Origin: Ranitomeya imitator
Taxonomy: Eukaryota
NCBI RefSeq assembly: GCF_032444005.1
Contig: NC_091291.1
Coordinates: 7,316,001-7,380,000, forward strand
Direction: 5' to 3'
Length of the DNA stretch: 64,000 bases
A program made the translations under genes and the position numbers. The notes below the pieces were generated by a model. It had not been told where the DNA came from. It worked only from the letters and a program-made list of their open reading frames with translations, and made no database searches. The number at the start of each line of letters is the position of its first letter. Position 1 is the first letter of the stretch. This document shows, piece by piece, positions 11,721-23,300 of the stretch.

Positions 11721-14410
11721 ACTAGCTGAAGAGCCCGGCGTTGCCTGGGCATAGTAAATATCTGTGGTTAGTTATAGCACGTCACGTCTCTTATTTTCCC
11801 ATCACGCCTCTCATTCTCCCAATCACATCTTTCATTTTCTCCCTTACACCTCTCATTCCCCCCTAACACTTGTCATTTCGAGCTCACATCTGTCATTTTC
11901 CGATCACTCCACTATTTTCCCTCACTCCTCTCATTTTGCACTCACACCTTTTCATTTTCACCTCACACCTCTCATTTTCACCTCAGTATATACATGTTTG
12001 TCATCTCCCTTATATATAGTATACACCTATATGTCATCTCCTGTATATAGTATATACCTGTATGTCATCTCCCCTGTATATAGTATATACCAGTATGTCA
12101 TCTTCTATATATAGCATATACCTGTATGTCATCTCCTCTATATAGTATATACGCGTAGGTCATCTGCTCCTGTATATAGTATATACCTGTGTCATCTCCT
12201 CCTGTATATAGTATATACCTGTACGTCATCTCCTCCTGTATATAGTATATATCTGTGTGTCATCTGCTCCTGTATATAGTATATACCTGTACGTCATCTC
12301 CTCCTGTATATATATGTACCTGTATGTCATCTCCTCTTGTATATAGTATGTACCTGTATGTCATTATTTTTATTATTATTATACATTTTTATAGCGCCAT
12401 TTATTCCATGGCGCTTTACATGTGAATACGGGGCAAATATAGACAAATACATTAAACATGAGCAGATAACAAGGCACACGAGTACATAAGGAGGGAGGAC
12501 CCTGCCCGCGAGGGCTCACAGTCTGCAGGGGGTGGGTGAGGATACACTAGGAGAGGGAAAAGCTGGCTGTGCGGCTGTTCAGTAGGTTGAGGATCACTGC
12601 AGGCTGTAGGCTTGTCGGAAGAGATGAGTCTTCAGGTTCTTTTTGAAGGTTTCTATGTCATCTCTCCTGTATATAGTATATACCTGTAGGTCATCTCCCC
12701 TGTATATAGTATATACCTGTATGTCATCTCCTCCTCTATATAGTATATACCTGTGTCATCTGTCCTGTATATAGTATATATCTGTGTGTCATCTCCTCCT
12801 GTATATAGTATATACCTGTGTAATCTGTCCTGTATATAGTATATATCTGTGTGTCATCTCCTCCTGTATATAGTATATATCTGTGTCATATTCTCCTGTA
12901 TATAGTATATATCTGTGTGTCATATCCCCTGTATATAGTATATATGTGTGTGTCATCTCCTCCTGTATATAGTATATACCTGTGTGTCATCTCCTCCTGT
13001 ATATAGTATATATCTGTGTCATATTCTCCTGTATATAGTATATATCTGTGTGTCATATCCCCTGTATATAGTATATATGTGTGTGTCATCTCCTCCTGTA
13101 TATAGTATATACCTGTGTGTCATCTCCTCCTGTATATAGTATATACCTGTGTCATATTCTCCTGTATATAGTATATATCTGTGTGTCATATCCCCTGTAT
13201 ATAGTATATATGTGTGTGTCATCTCCTCCTGTATATAGTATATACCTGTGTGTCATCTCCTCCTGTATATAGTATATACCTGTGTCATATTCTCCTGTAT
13301 ATAGTATATATCTGTGTGTCATCTCCTCCTGTATTAGACCGCGTTCACACGTTATTTGCTCAGTATTTTTACCTCAGTATTTGTAAGATAAATTGGCAGC
13401 CTGATAAATCCCCAGCCAACAGGAAGCCCTTCCCCCTGGCAGTATATATTAGCTCACACATACACATAATAGACAGGTCATGTGACTGACAGCTGCTGTA
13501 TTTCCTATATGGTACATTTGTTGCTCTTGTAGTTTGTCTGCTTATTAATCAGATTTTTATTTTTGAAGGATAATACCAGACTTGTGTGTGTTTTAGGGCG
13601 AGTTTCATATGTCAAGTTGTGTGTGTTGAGTTGCGTGTGGCGACATGCATGTAGCGACTTTTGTGAGATGAGTTTTGTGTGGCGACATGCGTGTAGCAAC
13701 TTTTTGTGTGTCGAGTTGCATGCGACAGGTTAGTGTAGCAAGTTGTGTGCAGCAAGTTTTGTTCATGGCGAGTTTTGCGCGTGGTGAGTTTTATGTGTGG
13801 TGCCTTTTGAGTATGTGCAAGTTTTGTGTGAGGCAACTTTTGCATGTGTTGCAACTTTTGTGCATGTGGCAATTTTTCCGCGTGGGCAAGTTTTGCGTGT
13901 GGAGCGTTTTCCATGAGGTGAGTTTTGCACTTGTGGCGAGTTTTGCGTGAGCCTAGTTTTTGCATGTGGCGAGTTTTGCGCGTGGCGAGTTTTGAGCGGC
14001 GACTTTTGTGTTTCGACTTTTATGTGGCGAGGTTGGTGTATGTGTGGTGAAATGTGTGCTGAGGGTAATATGTGTTCAAACACGTGGTAGTGTGTGGCGC
14101 ATTTTGTGTGTGTGTTCATATCCCCGTGTATGGTGAGTATCCCATGTCGGGGCCCCACCTTAGCAATTGTACGGTATATACTCTTTGGCGCCATCGCTCT
14201 CATTCTTTAAGTCCCCCTTGTTCACATCTGGCAGCTGTCAATTTGCCTCCAACACTTTTCCTTTCACTTTTCCCTATTATGTAGACAGGGGCAAAATTGT
14301 TTGGTGAATTGGAAAGCGCGGGGTTAAAATTTCACCTCACAACATACCCTATGACGCTCTCGGGGTCCAGACGTGTCACTGTGCAAAATTTTGTGGCTGT
14401 AGCTGCGACG
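11721..14410 (+). mobile_element. Probable Helentron/HINE (DINE-1-like) non-autonomous element with internal tandem repeats, running into the gap
   Basis: Begins ACTAGCTGAAGAGCCCGGCGTTGCCTGGG (ACTAG plus a short subterminal palindrome). It contains a ~30-35 bp tatatagtatata/cctgtgtcatctcctcctg array (~12000-13330) and a degenerate gtggcgagttttgc array (~13600-14060). Confidence 0.45.
12365..12653 (-). mobile_element. 5'-truncated L2-type LINE tail
   Basis: Minus strand reads ...FKKNLKTHLFRQAYSLQ*, then a 3' UTR ending gcgctataaaaatgtataataataat. Flanked by tatgtcat at 12357-12364 and 12654-12661 (putative TSD, although the host repeat also contains this word). Confidence 0.75.
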
Positions 14411-14545
14411 NNNNNNNNNNNNNNNNNNNNNNNNNNNNNNNNNNNNNNNNNNNNNNNNNNNNNNNNNNNNNNNNNNNNNNNNNNNNNNNNNNNNNNNNNN
14501 NNNNNNNNNNNNNNNNNNNNNNNNNNNNNNNNNNNNNNNNNNNNN
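14411..14545. other. Assembly gap (135 N)
   Basis: Run of N. Confidence 1.
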
Positions 14546-15676
14546 GATTTATCCTGCACTCTATGCTGAGCACTTACATCGGCGTTTCCATCTAAATCGA
14601 TTGACATGATTCAGATGAATCCCCCGAGGGATCCATTCACTATAATGAGGCAGCAGAGTTACTCTGGACTCCGCCTGGCTTCTGCTCAGCAGTGTCCTTT
14701 TTGTTCAGAAGTGCACAAAACTGTGGTTGACGGAATGGGGCGTTTATGCCGTTCCATATGTAGTAAAATTGATAAAGCATCTTTATTCTTCGAGTCAGTA
14801 TGGTTGCAGCGATACCTCATTTATATATATTTTTTTATGTTTTGGCGCTTTTACACAAAAACTATTTTATAGAAAAAATTATTTTTGCATCCCTTTATTG
14901 TGAGGGAAATAATGTTTTTATTTTTCCAGTGATGGCGCTGTATGGCAGCTTGTTTTTTGCGGGACAAAATTATGTTTTTAGCGGTACCATGTTTATTTAT
15001 ATCTGTCTTCATGATCGCGTTTTATTCCACTTTATGTTCGGCGGTATGATGATAAAGAATTGCTTGTTGCCTTGTTTTTTATGGTGCTCACTAAAGGGGT
15101 TAATTAGTGGGACAGTTTTATAGGTCGGGTTGTTGCGGACACGGTGATGCCAAATATGTGTACTTTTATTGTTTTTTTTCAAATATTTATTTAGAGATAG
15201 ATTTTTTTTTTTTTTAATTTTTACAATTAAATAATTTTTTTTAAACTTTTTTATAACTTTTTATGTAGTCCCACTATTGGACATTTTTTTTTTTGCAGGC
15301 TGGCACCTGGTGGCGATTGCCCGCACACTCCCCGTGTGCATGGGCAAAAGCTCAGACCTAATATTCTGTCCCTGGTTAAATAGGCTCAGGGATGGAATAT
15401 TATGTCCGATGTCCAAAAGGGGTTCAAGTATACTATTTCATAGAGCACTTGCCTCACACTTGCCCCCATGGCTTCTCTTTCTTAAAGTATATTATTTACA
15501 TAGAGCACTGGTCTCAAACTCGCTCTCCTAAAAGTTGTGAACTTTTTATTTGGCTTCTCATTACCCTAAGGTCAAGTTCACAATAATCCAAGTGAAAAGG
15601 AAACCAGATTGAGAGCTTGGCAAGACTCATCTGTCCTACAAGGAAGACTCATGGTATTTGTATTATTTTCCCCAAA

Positions 15677-16425
15677 TTATGACATTTCTCCTTTTGAAGC
15701 TGGAACATCCAGTAGAATTTAGTGATACAATCCAGCCTGCATTCCTGCCCCCTGCTGGTTATATCCATGATCACAATTTCAGCTACTATGTCACTGGATG
15801 GGGTAACCTCCAAAGTGACATGTGTTTTTTTTTTTTATTGTTTTTCATTTATTAATGGGTATTGGGGTATACGGTGACCCCATGGCTGTTCCATAAGATT
15901 GTATAAAAAAAGTTTCTGGGAACCCCCAAATTATATAGTTTTATGATGAAACATAAGTTTTTTTGTATTGTTTAGTGTCACAAAGAATTTAGGAATTTGC
16001 TTGATGAGAGGATATAGAGGTGTAATGTGAAGGCTCTAGACCCTAATACAAAATATGTAACATGACTACCTACCATGTGTTATTCAAAATACTAGTGTTG
16101 TCTTATGTATAAAAACACCTTGGGGCTACAGGTTCAGGACACTACTGTTCTCTGTCTATTCTTCATAGATAGCCCCCCGAGAGGCATCGTGTCTGACCCC
16201 ATGGCGGTTCCACAAGATAGTTTTGTGTTTAGTTGTCACATTGAATCATCTTCACTTTTATTATTCATATTTTTTGCAGCTAGCGGTCCTTCTCCTGACG
16301 CTTTGCAACAAGGTGTTCTGCTGGTTGTTGACTACGACACCTGATCTCAGTCTGACTGATGAGGTAGATCCGTTAAGACTAACATGATTTGCGCCGGTGG
16401 AGATGGCATCATTTCGAGCTGCAAC
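15677..16425 (+). pseudogene. Elastase-2 (CELA2-like) pseudogene remnant: homologues of exons 5 and 6 only
   Basis: 15677-15814 (138 nt; intact size 137) reads YDIS-[+1 frameshift]-LLKLEHPVEFSDTIQPAFLPP...YYVTGWGNLQ, with the acceptor AG lost and both Cys replaced. 16280-16425 (146 nt) reads [46 protein letters not shown], with three in-frame TGA and the donor changed to GC. LQQG.LLVVDY and [16 protein letters not shown] are CELA2-type. Confidence 0.85.
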
Positions 16426-16489
16426 GCAATTTACTTTTTTGTATTTCATTACTAAGACTACCCATACTGCTGGAATATTAATAATGACG

Positions 16490-16677
16490 CAGCCAGAGCT
16501 GCATTCAATATTCTGCTGGACAAGTTATAATAATGAAGATTAACGATACACCTGTAGTAACCTGACGCCTCCCACAACATACCGAAGCAAGAGAATGTTC
16601 TGCACAGACCACGGGGCAGCTCCAGCAGGCCGAGTGCTGACAAAAATCCAGCAGAATTATGAATGCAGCTCTAGCTG
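16490..16677. mobile_element. Short palindromic MITE-like element with 31-bp inverted arms
   Basis: 16490-16520 (cagccagagctgcattcaatattctgctgga) and 16647-16677 are reverse complements with 3 mismatches. Confidence 0.55.
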
Positions 16678-16999
16678 TGCCTTAAATCATTACAAGAGAA
16701 CATTCAAGAATTTAAAGGGGCGTGTACATGTAGATAAATAAATGATGGAAACGATGCTCTGATCCGGTATAAATACAAGGGGCCCAGCCAGAGCGTAAAA
16801 CAACAGGATGGGCAGTTAAAGGGAGTGATATTTGCAGGATAAAGGGGGGGGGGGTGAGGACTTTAAGGATGTGATTGACATCCTGGCAAAATGGAGACCC
16901 CCTGCCATATTCTGAACCCCGACCCCATACATGGACGTTCAGCAGCTGATGATCCTCTGTTAACCCTTCACTTCCCATAACACAACCACGCAGCAGCTG

Positions 17000-17340
17000 A
17001 GCGGAGACTGACAGCCACATACACCCCACTGCACATGCGCCAGGACACTGGATTGCCCCGTTTTAACTACAGCGCAGGCGCAGTTCAGCGTTTCTGTCCT
17101 AAACAGTATTAACCATTTCCTTACTGGGTGATCAAAATACAACGAGAAGCACGCCGAGAGGTCACTGACAGCGCACATAGTCACTGCGCATGCTCATAGA
17201 AAAGACAGCCCCCCGCCCCCCCCCTTCAACTTCTGTCACATCCTACGCATGCTCAGATAGCTGATCCTACACTGCACAGGCGCGGAGCCCCGGTTCTGAT
17301 TGGCCTCTGAGTGGTGACCGGGCCGTGGTCACTGGTCGCC
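17000..17340 (+). promoter_or_regulatory. CpG-rich TMEM147 promoter region
   Basis: CpG-rich, no obvious TATA box. NRF1-like tgcgcatgctca at 17185-17196, gcgcaggcgca near 17072, and an inverted CCAAT (gattgg) near 17298. Confidence 0.55.
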
Positions 17341-20300
17341 ATGACGCTCTTTCATTTCGGTAACTGCTTCGCTTTGGCTTATTTCCCGTATTTCATCACG
17401 TACAAATGCAGCGGCCTGTGAGTACCGAGCACCGGGGGAGCTGTGAGGAGGGAGCGGGGACCGGGGGAGAAGCTGTGAGGAGGGAGCGGGGACCGGGGGA
17501 GAAGCTGTGAGGAGGGAGCAGGGACCGGGGGAGAAGCTGTGAGGAGGGAGCGGGGAACCGGGGAAAAGCTGTGAGGAGGGAGCGGGGACCGGGGGAGAAG
17601 CTGTGAGGAGGGAGCGGGGACCGGGGGAGAAGCTGTGAGGAGGGAGCGGGGAACCGGGGAAAAGCTGTGAGGAGGGAGCGGGGAACCGGGGGAGAAGCTG
17701 TGAGGAGGGAGCGGGGAACCGGGGGGGAAAAGCTGTGAGGAGGGAGCGGGGAACCGGGGGAGAAGCTGTGAGGAGGGAGCGGGGACCGGGGGAGAAGCTG
17801 TGAGGAGGGAGCGGGGACCGGGGGAGAAGCTGTGAGGAGGGAGCGGGGCCCCGGGGAAAAGCTGTGAGGAGTGAGCGGGGAACCGGGGGAGAAGCTGTGA
17901 GGAGGGAGCGGGGAACCGGGGGAGAAGCTGTGAGGAGGGAGCGGGGACCGGGGGAGAAGCTGTGAGGAGGGAGCGGGGACCGGGGGAGAAGCTGTGAGGA
18001 GGGAGCGGGGAACCGGGGAAAAGCTGTGAGGAGGGAGCGGGGACCGGGGGAGAAGCTGTGAGGAGGGAGCGGGGACCGGGGGAGAAGCTGTGAGGAGGGA
18101 GCGGGGACCGGGGGAGAAGCTGTGAGGAGGGAGCGGGGACCGGGGGAGAAGCTGTGAGGAGGGAGCGGGGACCGGGGGAGAAGCTGTGAGGAGGGAGCGG
18201 GGACCGGGGGAGAAGCTGTGAGGAGGGAGCGGGGAACCGGGGGAGAAGCTGTGAGGAGGGAGCGGGGACCGGGGGAGAAGCTGTGAGGAGGGAGCGGGGA
18301 CCGGGGGAGAAGCTGTGAGGAGGGAGCGGGGACCGGGGGAGAAGCTGTGAGGAGGGAGCGGGGCCCCGGGGAAAAGCTGTGAGGAGTGAGCGGGGAACCG
18401 GGGGAGAAGCTGTGAGGAGGGAGCGGGGAACCGGGGGAGAAGCTGTGAGGAGGGAGCGGGGACCGGGGGAGAAGCTGTGAGGAGGGAGCGGGGACCGGGG
18501 GAGAAGCTGTGAGGAGGGAGCGGGGAACCGGGGAAAAGCTGTGAGGAGGGAGCGGGGACCGGGGGAGAAGCTGTGAGGAGGGAGCGGGGACCGGGGAGAA
18601 GCTGTGAGGAGGGAGCGGGGAAAAGCTGTGAGGAGGGAGCGGGGAACCGGGGGAGAAGCTGTGAGGAGGGAGCGGGGAACCGGGGGAGAAGCTGTGAGGA
18701 GGGAGCGGGGACCGGGGGAGAAGCTGTGAGGAGGGAGCGGGGAACCGGGGGAGAAGCTGTGAGGAGGGAGCGGGGACCGGGGGAGAAGCTGTGAGGAGGG
18801 AGCGGGGACCGGGGGAGAAGCTGTGAGGAGGGAGCGGGGACCGGGGGAGAAGCTGTGAGGAGGGAGCGGGGACCGGGGAAAAGCTGTGAGGAGGGAGCGG
18901 GGAACCGGGGGGGAAAAGCTGTGAGGCGGGAGCGGGGAACCGGGGGGGAAAAGCTGTGAGGAGGGAGCGGGGAATCGGGGGGGAAAAGCTGTGAGGAGGG
19001 AGCGGGGAACCGGGGGGGAAAAGCTGTGAGGAGGGAGCGGGGAACCGGGGGGGAAAAGCTGTGAGGAGGGAGCGGGGAACCGGGGGGGAAAAGCTGTGAG
19101 GAGGGAGCGGGGAACCGGGGGGGAAAAGCTGTGAGGAGGGAGCGGGGAACCGGGGGGGAAAAGCTGTGAGGAGGGAGCGGGGAACCGGGGGGGAAAAGCT
19201 GTGAGGAGGGAGCGGGGAACCGGGGGGGAAAAGCTGTGAGGAGGGAGCGGGGAACCGGGGGGGAAAAGCTGTGAGGAGGGAGCGGGGAACCGGGGGGGAA
19301 AAGCTGTGAGGAGGGAGCGGGGAACCGGGGGGGAGAAGCTGTGAGGAGGGAGCGGGGACCGGGGGAGAAGCTGTGAGGAGGGAGCGGGGACCGGGGGAGA
19401 AGCTGTGAGGAGGGAGCGGGGCCCCGGGGAAAAGCTGTGAGGAGTGAGCGGGGAACCGGGGGAGAAGCTGTGAGGAGGGAGCGGGGAACCGGGGGAGAAG
19501 CTGTGAGGAGGGAGCGGGGACCGGGGGAGAAGCTGTGAGGAGGGAGCGGGGACCGGGGGAGAAGCTGTGAGGAGGGAGCGGGGAACCGGGGAAAAGCTGT
19601 GAGGAGGGAGCGGGGACCGGGGGAGAAGCTGTGAGGAGGGAGCGGGGACCGGGGAGAAGCTGTGAGGAGGGAGCGGGGAAAAGCTGTGAGGAGGGAGCGG
19701 GGAACCGGGGGAGAAGCTGTGAGGAGGGAGCGGGGAACCGGGGGAAAAGCTGTGAGGAGGGAGCGGGGAACCGGGGGGGAAAAGCTGTGAGGAGGGAGCG
19801 GGGAACCGGGGGGGAAAAGCTGTGAGGAGGGAGCGGGGAACCGGGGGGGAAAAGCTGTGAGGAGGGAGCGGGGAACCGGGGGGGAAAAGCTGTGAGGAGG
19901 GAGCGGGGAACCGGGGGGGAAAAGCTGTGAGGAGGGAGCGGGGAACCGGGGGGGAAAAGCTGTGAGGAGGGAGCGGGGAACCGGGGAAAAGCTGTGAGGA
20001 GGGAGCGGGGAACCGGGGGGGAAGCTGTGAGGAGGGAGCGGGGAACCGGGGAAAAGCTGTGAGGAGGGAGCGGGGAACCGGGGGGAGAAGCTGTGAGGAG
20101 GGAGCGGGGAACCGGGGGAGAAGCTGTGAGGAGGGAGCGGGGCCCGGGGGGAGAAGCTGTGAGGAGGGAGCGGGGCCCGGGGGGAGAAGCTGTGAGGAGG
20201 GAGCGGGGACCGGGGGAGAAGCTGTGAGGAGGGAGCGGGGACCGGGGGAGAAGCTGTGAGGAGGGACGGGGACCGGGGGAGAAGCTGTGAGGAGGGAGCG

Positions 20301-23300
20301 GGGCCCCGGGGGGCTGTGAGGAGGGAGCGGGGCCCCGGGGGGCTGTGAGGAGGGAGCGGGGATCGGGGGAGAAGCTGTGAGGAGGGACGGGGAACGGGGG
20401 AGAAGCTGTGAGGAGGGAGCGGGGACCGGGGGAGAAGCTGTGAGGAGGGAGCGGGGACCGGGGGAGAAGCTGTGAGGAGGGAGCGGGGACCGGGGGAGAA
20501 GCTGTGAGGAGGGACGGGGACCGGGGGAGAAGCTGTGAGGAGGGAGCGGGGACCGGGGGAGAAGCTGTGAGGAGGGAGCGGGGCCCGGGGAAAAAGCTGT
20601 GAGGAGGGAGCGGGGCCCCGGGGGGCTGTGAGGAGGGTGCGGGGCCCCGGGGGGCTGTGAGGAGGGTGCGGGGCCCCGGGGGGCTGTGAGGGAGGTGCAG
20701 GGGGCTGTGAGGGAAGTGCGAGGCCCCGGGGTGGAGGGGAAGGCTGTGAGGAGGGTGCGGGGCCCCGGGGGGGCTGTGAGGAGGGTGCGGGGCCCCGGGG
20801 TGGGGGGGGGTGGGCTGTGAGGGAGGCGCAGGGGGCTGCGACAGAAGTGCGAGGCCTCAGGGGGGCTGTGAGGAGGTTGCTGGGCCCCGGGGGTCTGTGA
20901 GGAGGTTGCTGGGCCCCGGGGGTCTGTGAAGGAGGCGCGGGGCCCGGGCCGTGGCTCACTGTGTGTCTGTGCTGCAGGTCGGAGTACAGCGCCTTCTGGA
21001 GATGTGTCCAAGCCGGAGCCACCTACCTGTGTGTGCAGCTGTGCAAGGTGAGAGAGCGGGGGAGGGGGGTGCTGGTGTCAGGGGCGGCACTGCTAGGGGG
21101 TGGGCATCATGGTGGGGGGTTGCATAATGGCATCACTGGTTGGGGTAGAGGTAGTGTGTGGGGGCTGCACAGAGGGCAGTGCGGGAGGTAGAGGAGCACA
21201 ATGGCACCGGTGGTTGGGGGCAGTGCAGTCAGTGAGGGTGGTACGTGGGTTAGTGCCAGGGATCGCAGTGACAGAGGCGGCGCAGTGAGGCTGGTGCCAG
21301 GGATAGAAATCCTGCATTTGGCACTATAGGTTACATAGCACCAGTGTCTGCAGTAATAGGACCTGACCCCAATGGTGGAAGTAATGGTGGAGGGGGCTGG
21401 CAAAGGTGGCAGCAGTATGCCAGGTGGTAGTGGGGGCACAGGAGGAGGATGGTGGGCAGGGAGCACAATGTCACCATTACTTGGTGTAACGTAATAAGTG
21501 TAAATAGTACAAGGGGTAGAAGTAATAGAGGGAGCTGGACACGGAGCAGGGACTGCAGGGCACAAGTAGCAGGGTGGTCCCAGGGCAAGATGTAATACGG
21601 CTGGTTCTGGCTGCATAGTGCCAGCGGGTGCAGTGACAGGTGGCACAGACGGCTGCAGGGAGCCCGGGGGGGTGTAGTAATCTGTCACACAGGAGGCAGG
21701 CTACATTGATTGGGATAGTTTGTAAAGTGTAGGTGGTCCCAGGCGGGCAGCATGACTGCGGGAAGAGGGTGCAGGGATTGCAGGATGACCTTGTGGGTGT
21801 GTGTCACAGCGGGTGGATAGCATAGCCTGGCAGTGCGAGTATGATGTTGGGGCGATGGGGGCACTGTAGCCGCAGTAACAAACCACTGGCATTGTCAGGC
21901 TGTACATGGCACATTGATGGCGGGGAGTAGACGGGGTTTCCCAGTCATCATTGCATGGGCAGCATAGTTCCTGGATGTGGGCGGCCGGTCTTGTCTATGA
22001 TGCTGGGGTGCAGCGGGGGGCACCGATTCCGGTCAGTGCAGCGGGGGGCACCGATTCCGGTCAGTGCAGCGGGGGGCACCGATTCCGGTCAGTGCAGCGG
22101 GGGGCACCGATTCCGGTCAGTGCAGCGGGGGGCACCGATTCCGGTCAGTGCAGCGGGGGGCACCGATTCCGGTCAGTGCAGCGGGGGGCACCGATTCCGG
22201 TCACTGCCGACATTTCTCTCCATTTCCAGATGCTTTTCCTGGCGACGTTTTTCCCGACCTGGGAGGGAGCGGCCGGCGCCTACGACTTCATTGGGGTGAG
22301 ACACTTCAGGCTCCTCATCCCATCATGGGGTCACTCCGCCTGTTCTGGCGATCAGTGCATTATAGTATCAGATCGTGTGTAGCAAATCCTTCCTCCAGTC
22401 ACATCCGGAGCTGCGCTCGGGATTATATGCTTTCAGGTTTCTGCCCATGGTTCTCAGCTGTGGGAGACGACACTGCAAGCAGTAGACGTCTCATGAATCC
22501 TCCTTTTGATGCAGCTTTATGTGTGACTGGAGGATACAAATGACACAAGTGCAGAATTGTGATTGCAGCTCTGGCTGGGAATGGAGCATAGGCCATGACA
22601 TAAAAGGATTAAGAAAGCAGCTCTGGATGTGACTAGGAGATGAGATATTATAGCAGAAGTGTGAATGCCTTGTGGGATTTTACTGGAGTAAATAGCATTA
22701 CCTGAATAATTGTGAATTCAGCTCTGGAGGTGATTGGAAAATAAAACGTGATTTAACAGAATTGTGAATACAGCTTTGGAGGTGACTGGAGAGTAAAACT
22801 TGACCTGACAGAATTGAATGCAGCTCTGGAAGTGATTGGAGAATAAAACATGAAATAACAGAATTGTGATTGCAGCTCTGGAGGCGATTGTAGAATAAAA
22901 CATGACAGAACAGAATTGTGAATGCAGCTCTGGAGGTGATTGGTGAGTAAATCGTGACCTGACAGAATTGTGAATGCAGCTCTGGAAGTGATTGGAGAAT
23001 AAAACGTGAAATAATAGAATTTGATTGCAGCTCTGGAAGTGATTGGAGACTAAAGCATGACAACAGAATTGTGACTACAGCTCTGGAGGTGACTGGAGTG
23101 TAAAACCTGACATAACAGAATCCTGAATGCAGCTCTGGAAGTGATTGGAGAATGAATTGTGAATGTACCTCTGGAAGTGATTGGAGAATAACATGTGACA
23201 TAATAGAATTGTGAATGCAGCTCTGGAGGTGATTGGAGAATAATATGTGACATAATAGAATTGTGAATGCAGCTCTGGAAGTGATTGGAGAATAAAACAT

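Larger units (their letters stand above)
9900..15300. mobile_element. Large interrupted interspersed repeat, probably a non-autonomous DNA element, hosting nested insertions
   Basis: Non-coding segments at ~9900-10355, 11390-11720 and 14546-15300 resemble a common anuran dispersed repeat (from recollection, not a search). Boundaries and family are uncertain. Confidence 0.35.

Noticed and set aside
16280-16425. All three stops in the CELA2 remnant are TGA (selenocysteine or readthrough?)
   Set aside because: A frameshift, damaged splice sites, further Cys losses and missing exons indicate decay; TGG to TGA and TGC to TGA are single-base changes.
17379-21022. Two ~1200-aa Pro/Ser-rich ORFs on the minus strand
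   Set aside because: They are translations of the stop-free C-rich strand of the TMEM147 intron 1 minisatellite, with no unique domain.
21093-21907. Pro/Thr-rich ORFs in TMEM147 intron 2
   Set aside because: GC-skewed low-complexity intron sequence with no splice-supported exon or recognisable domain.
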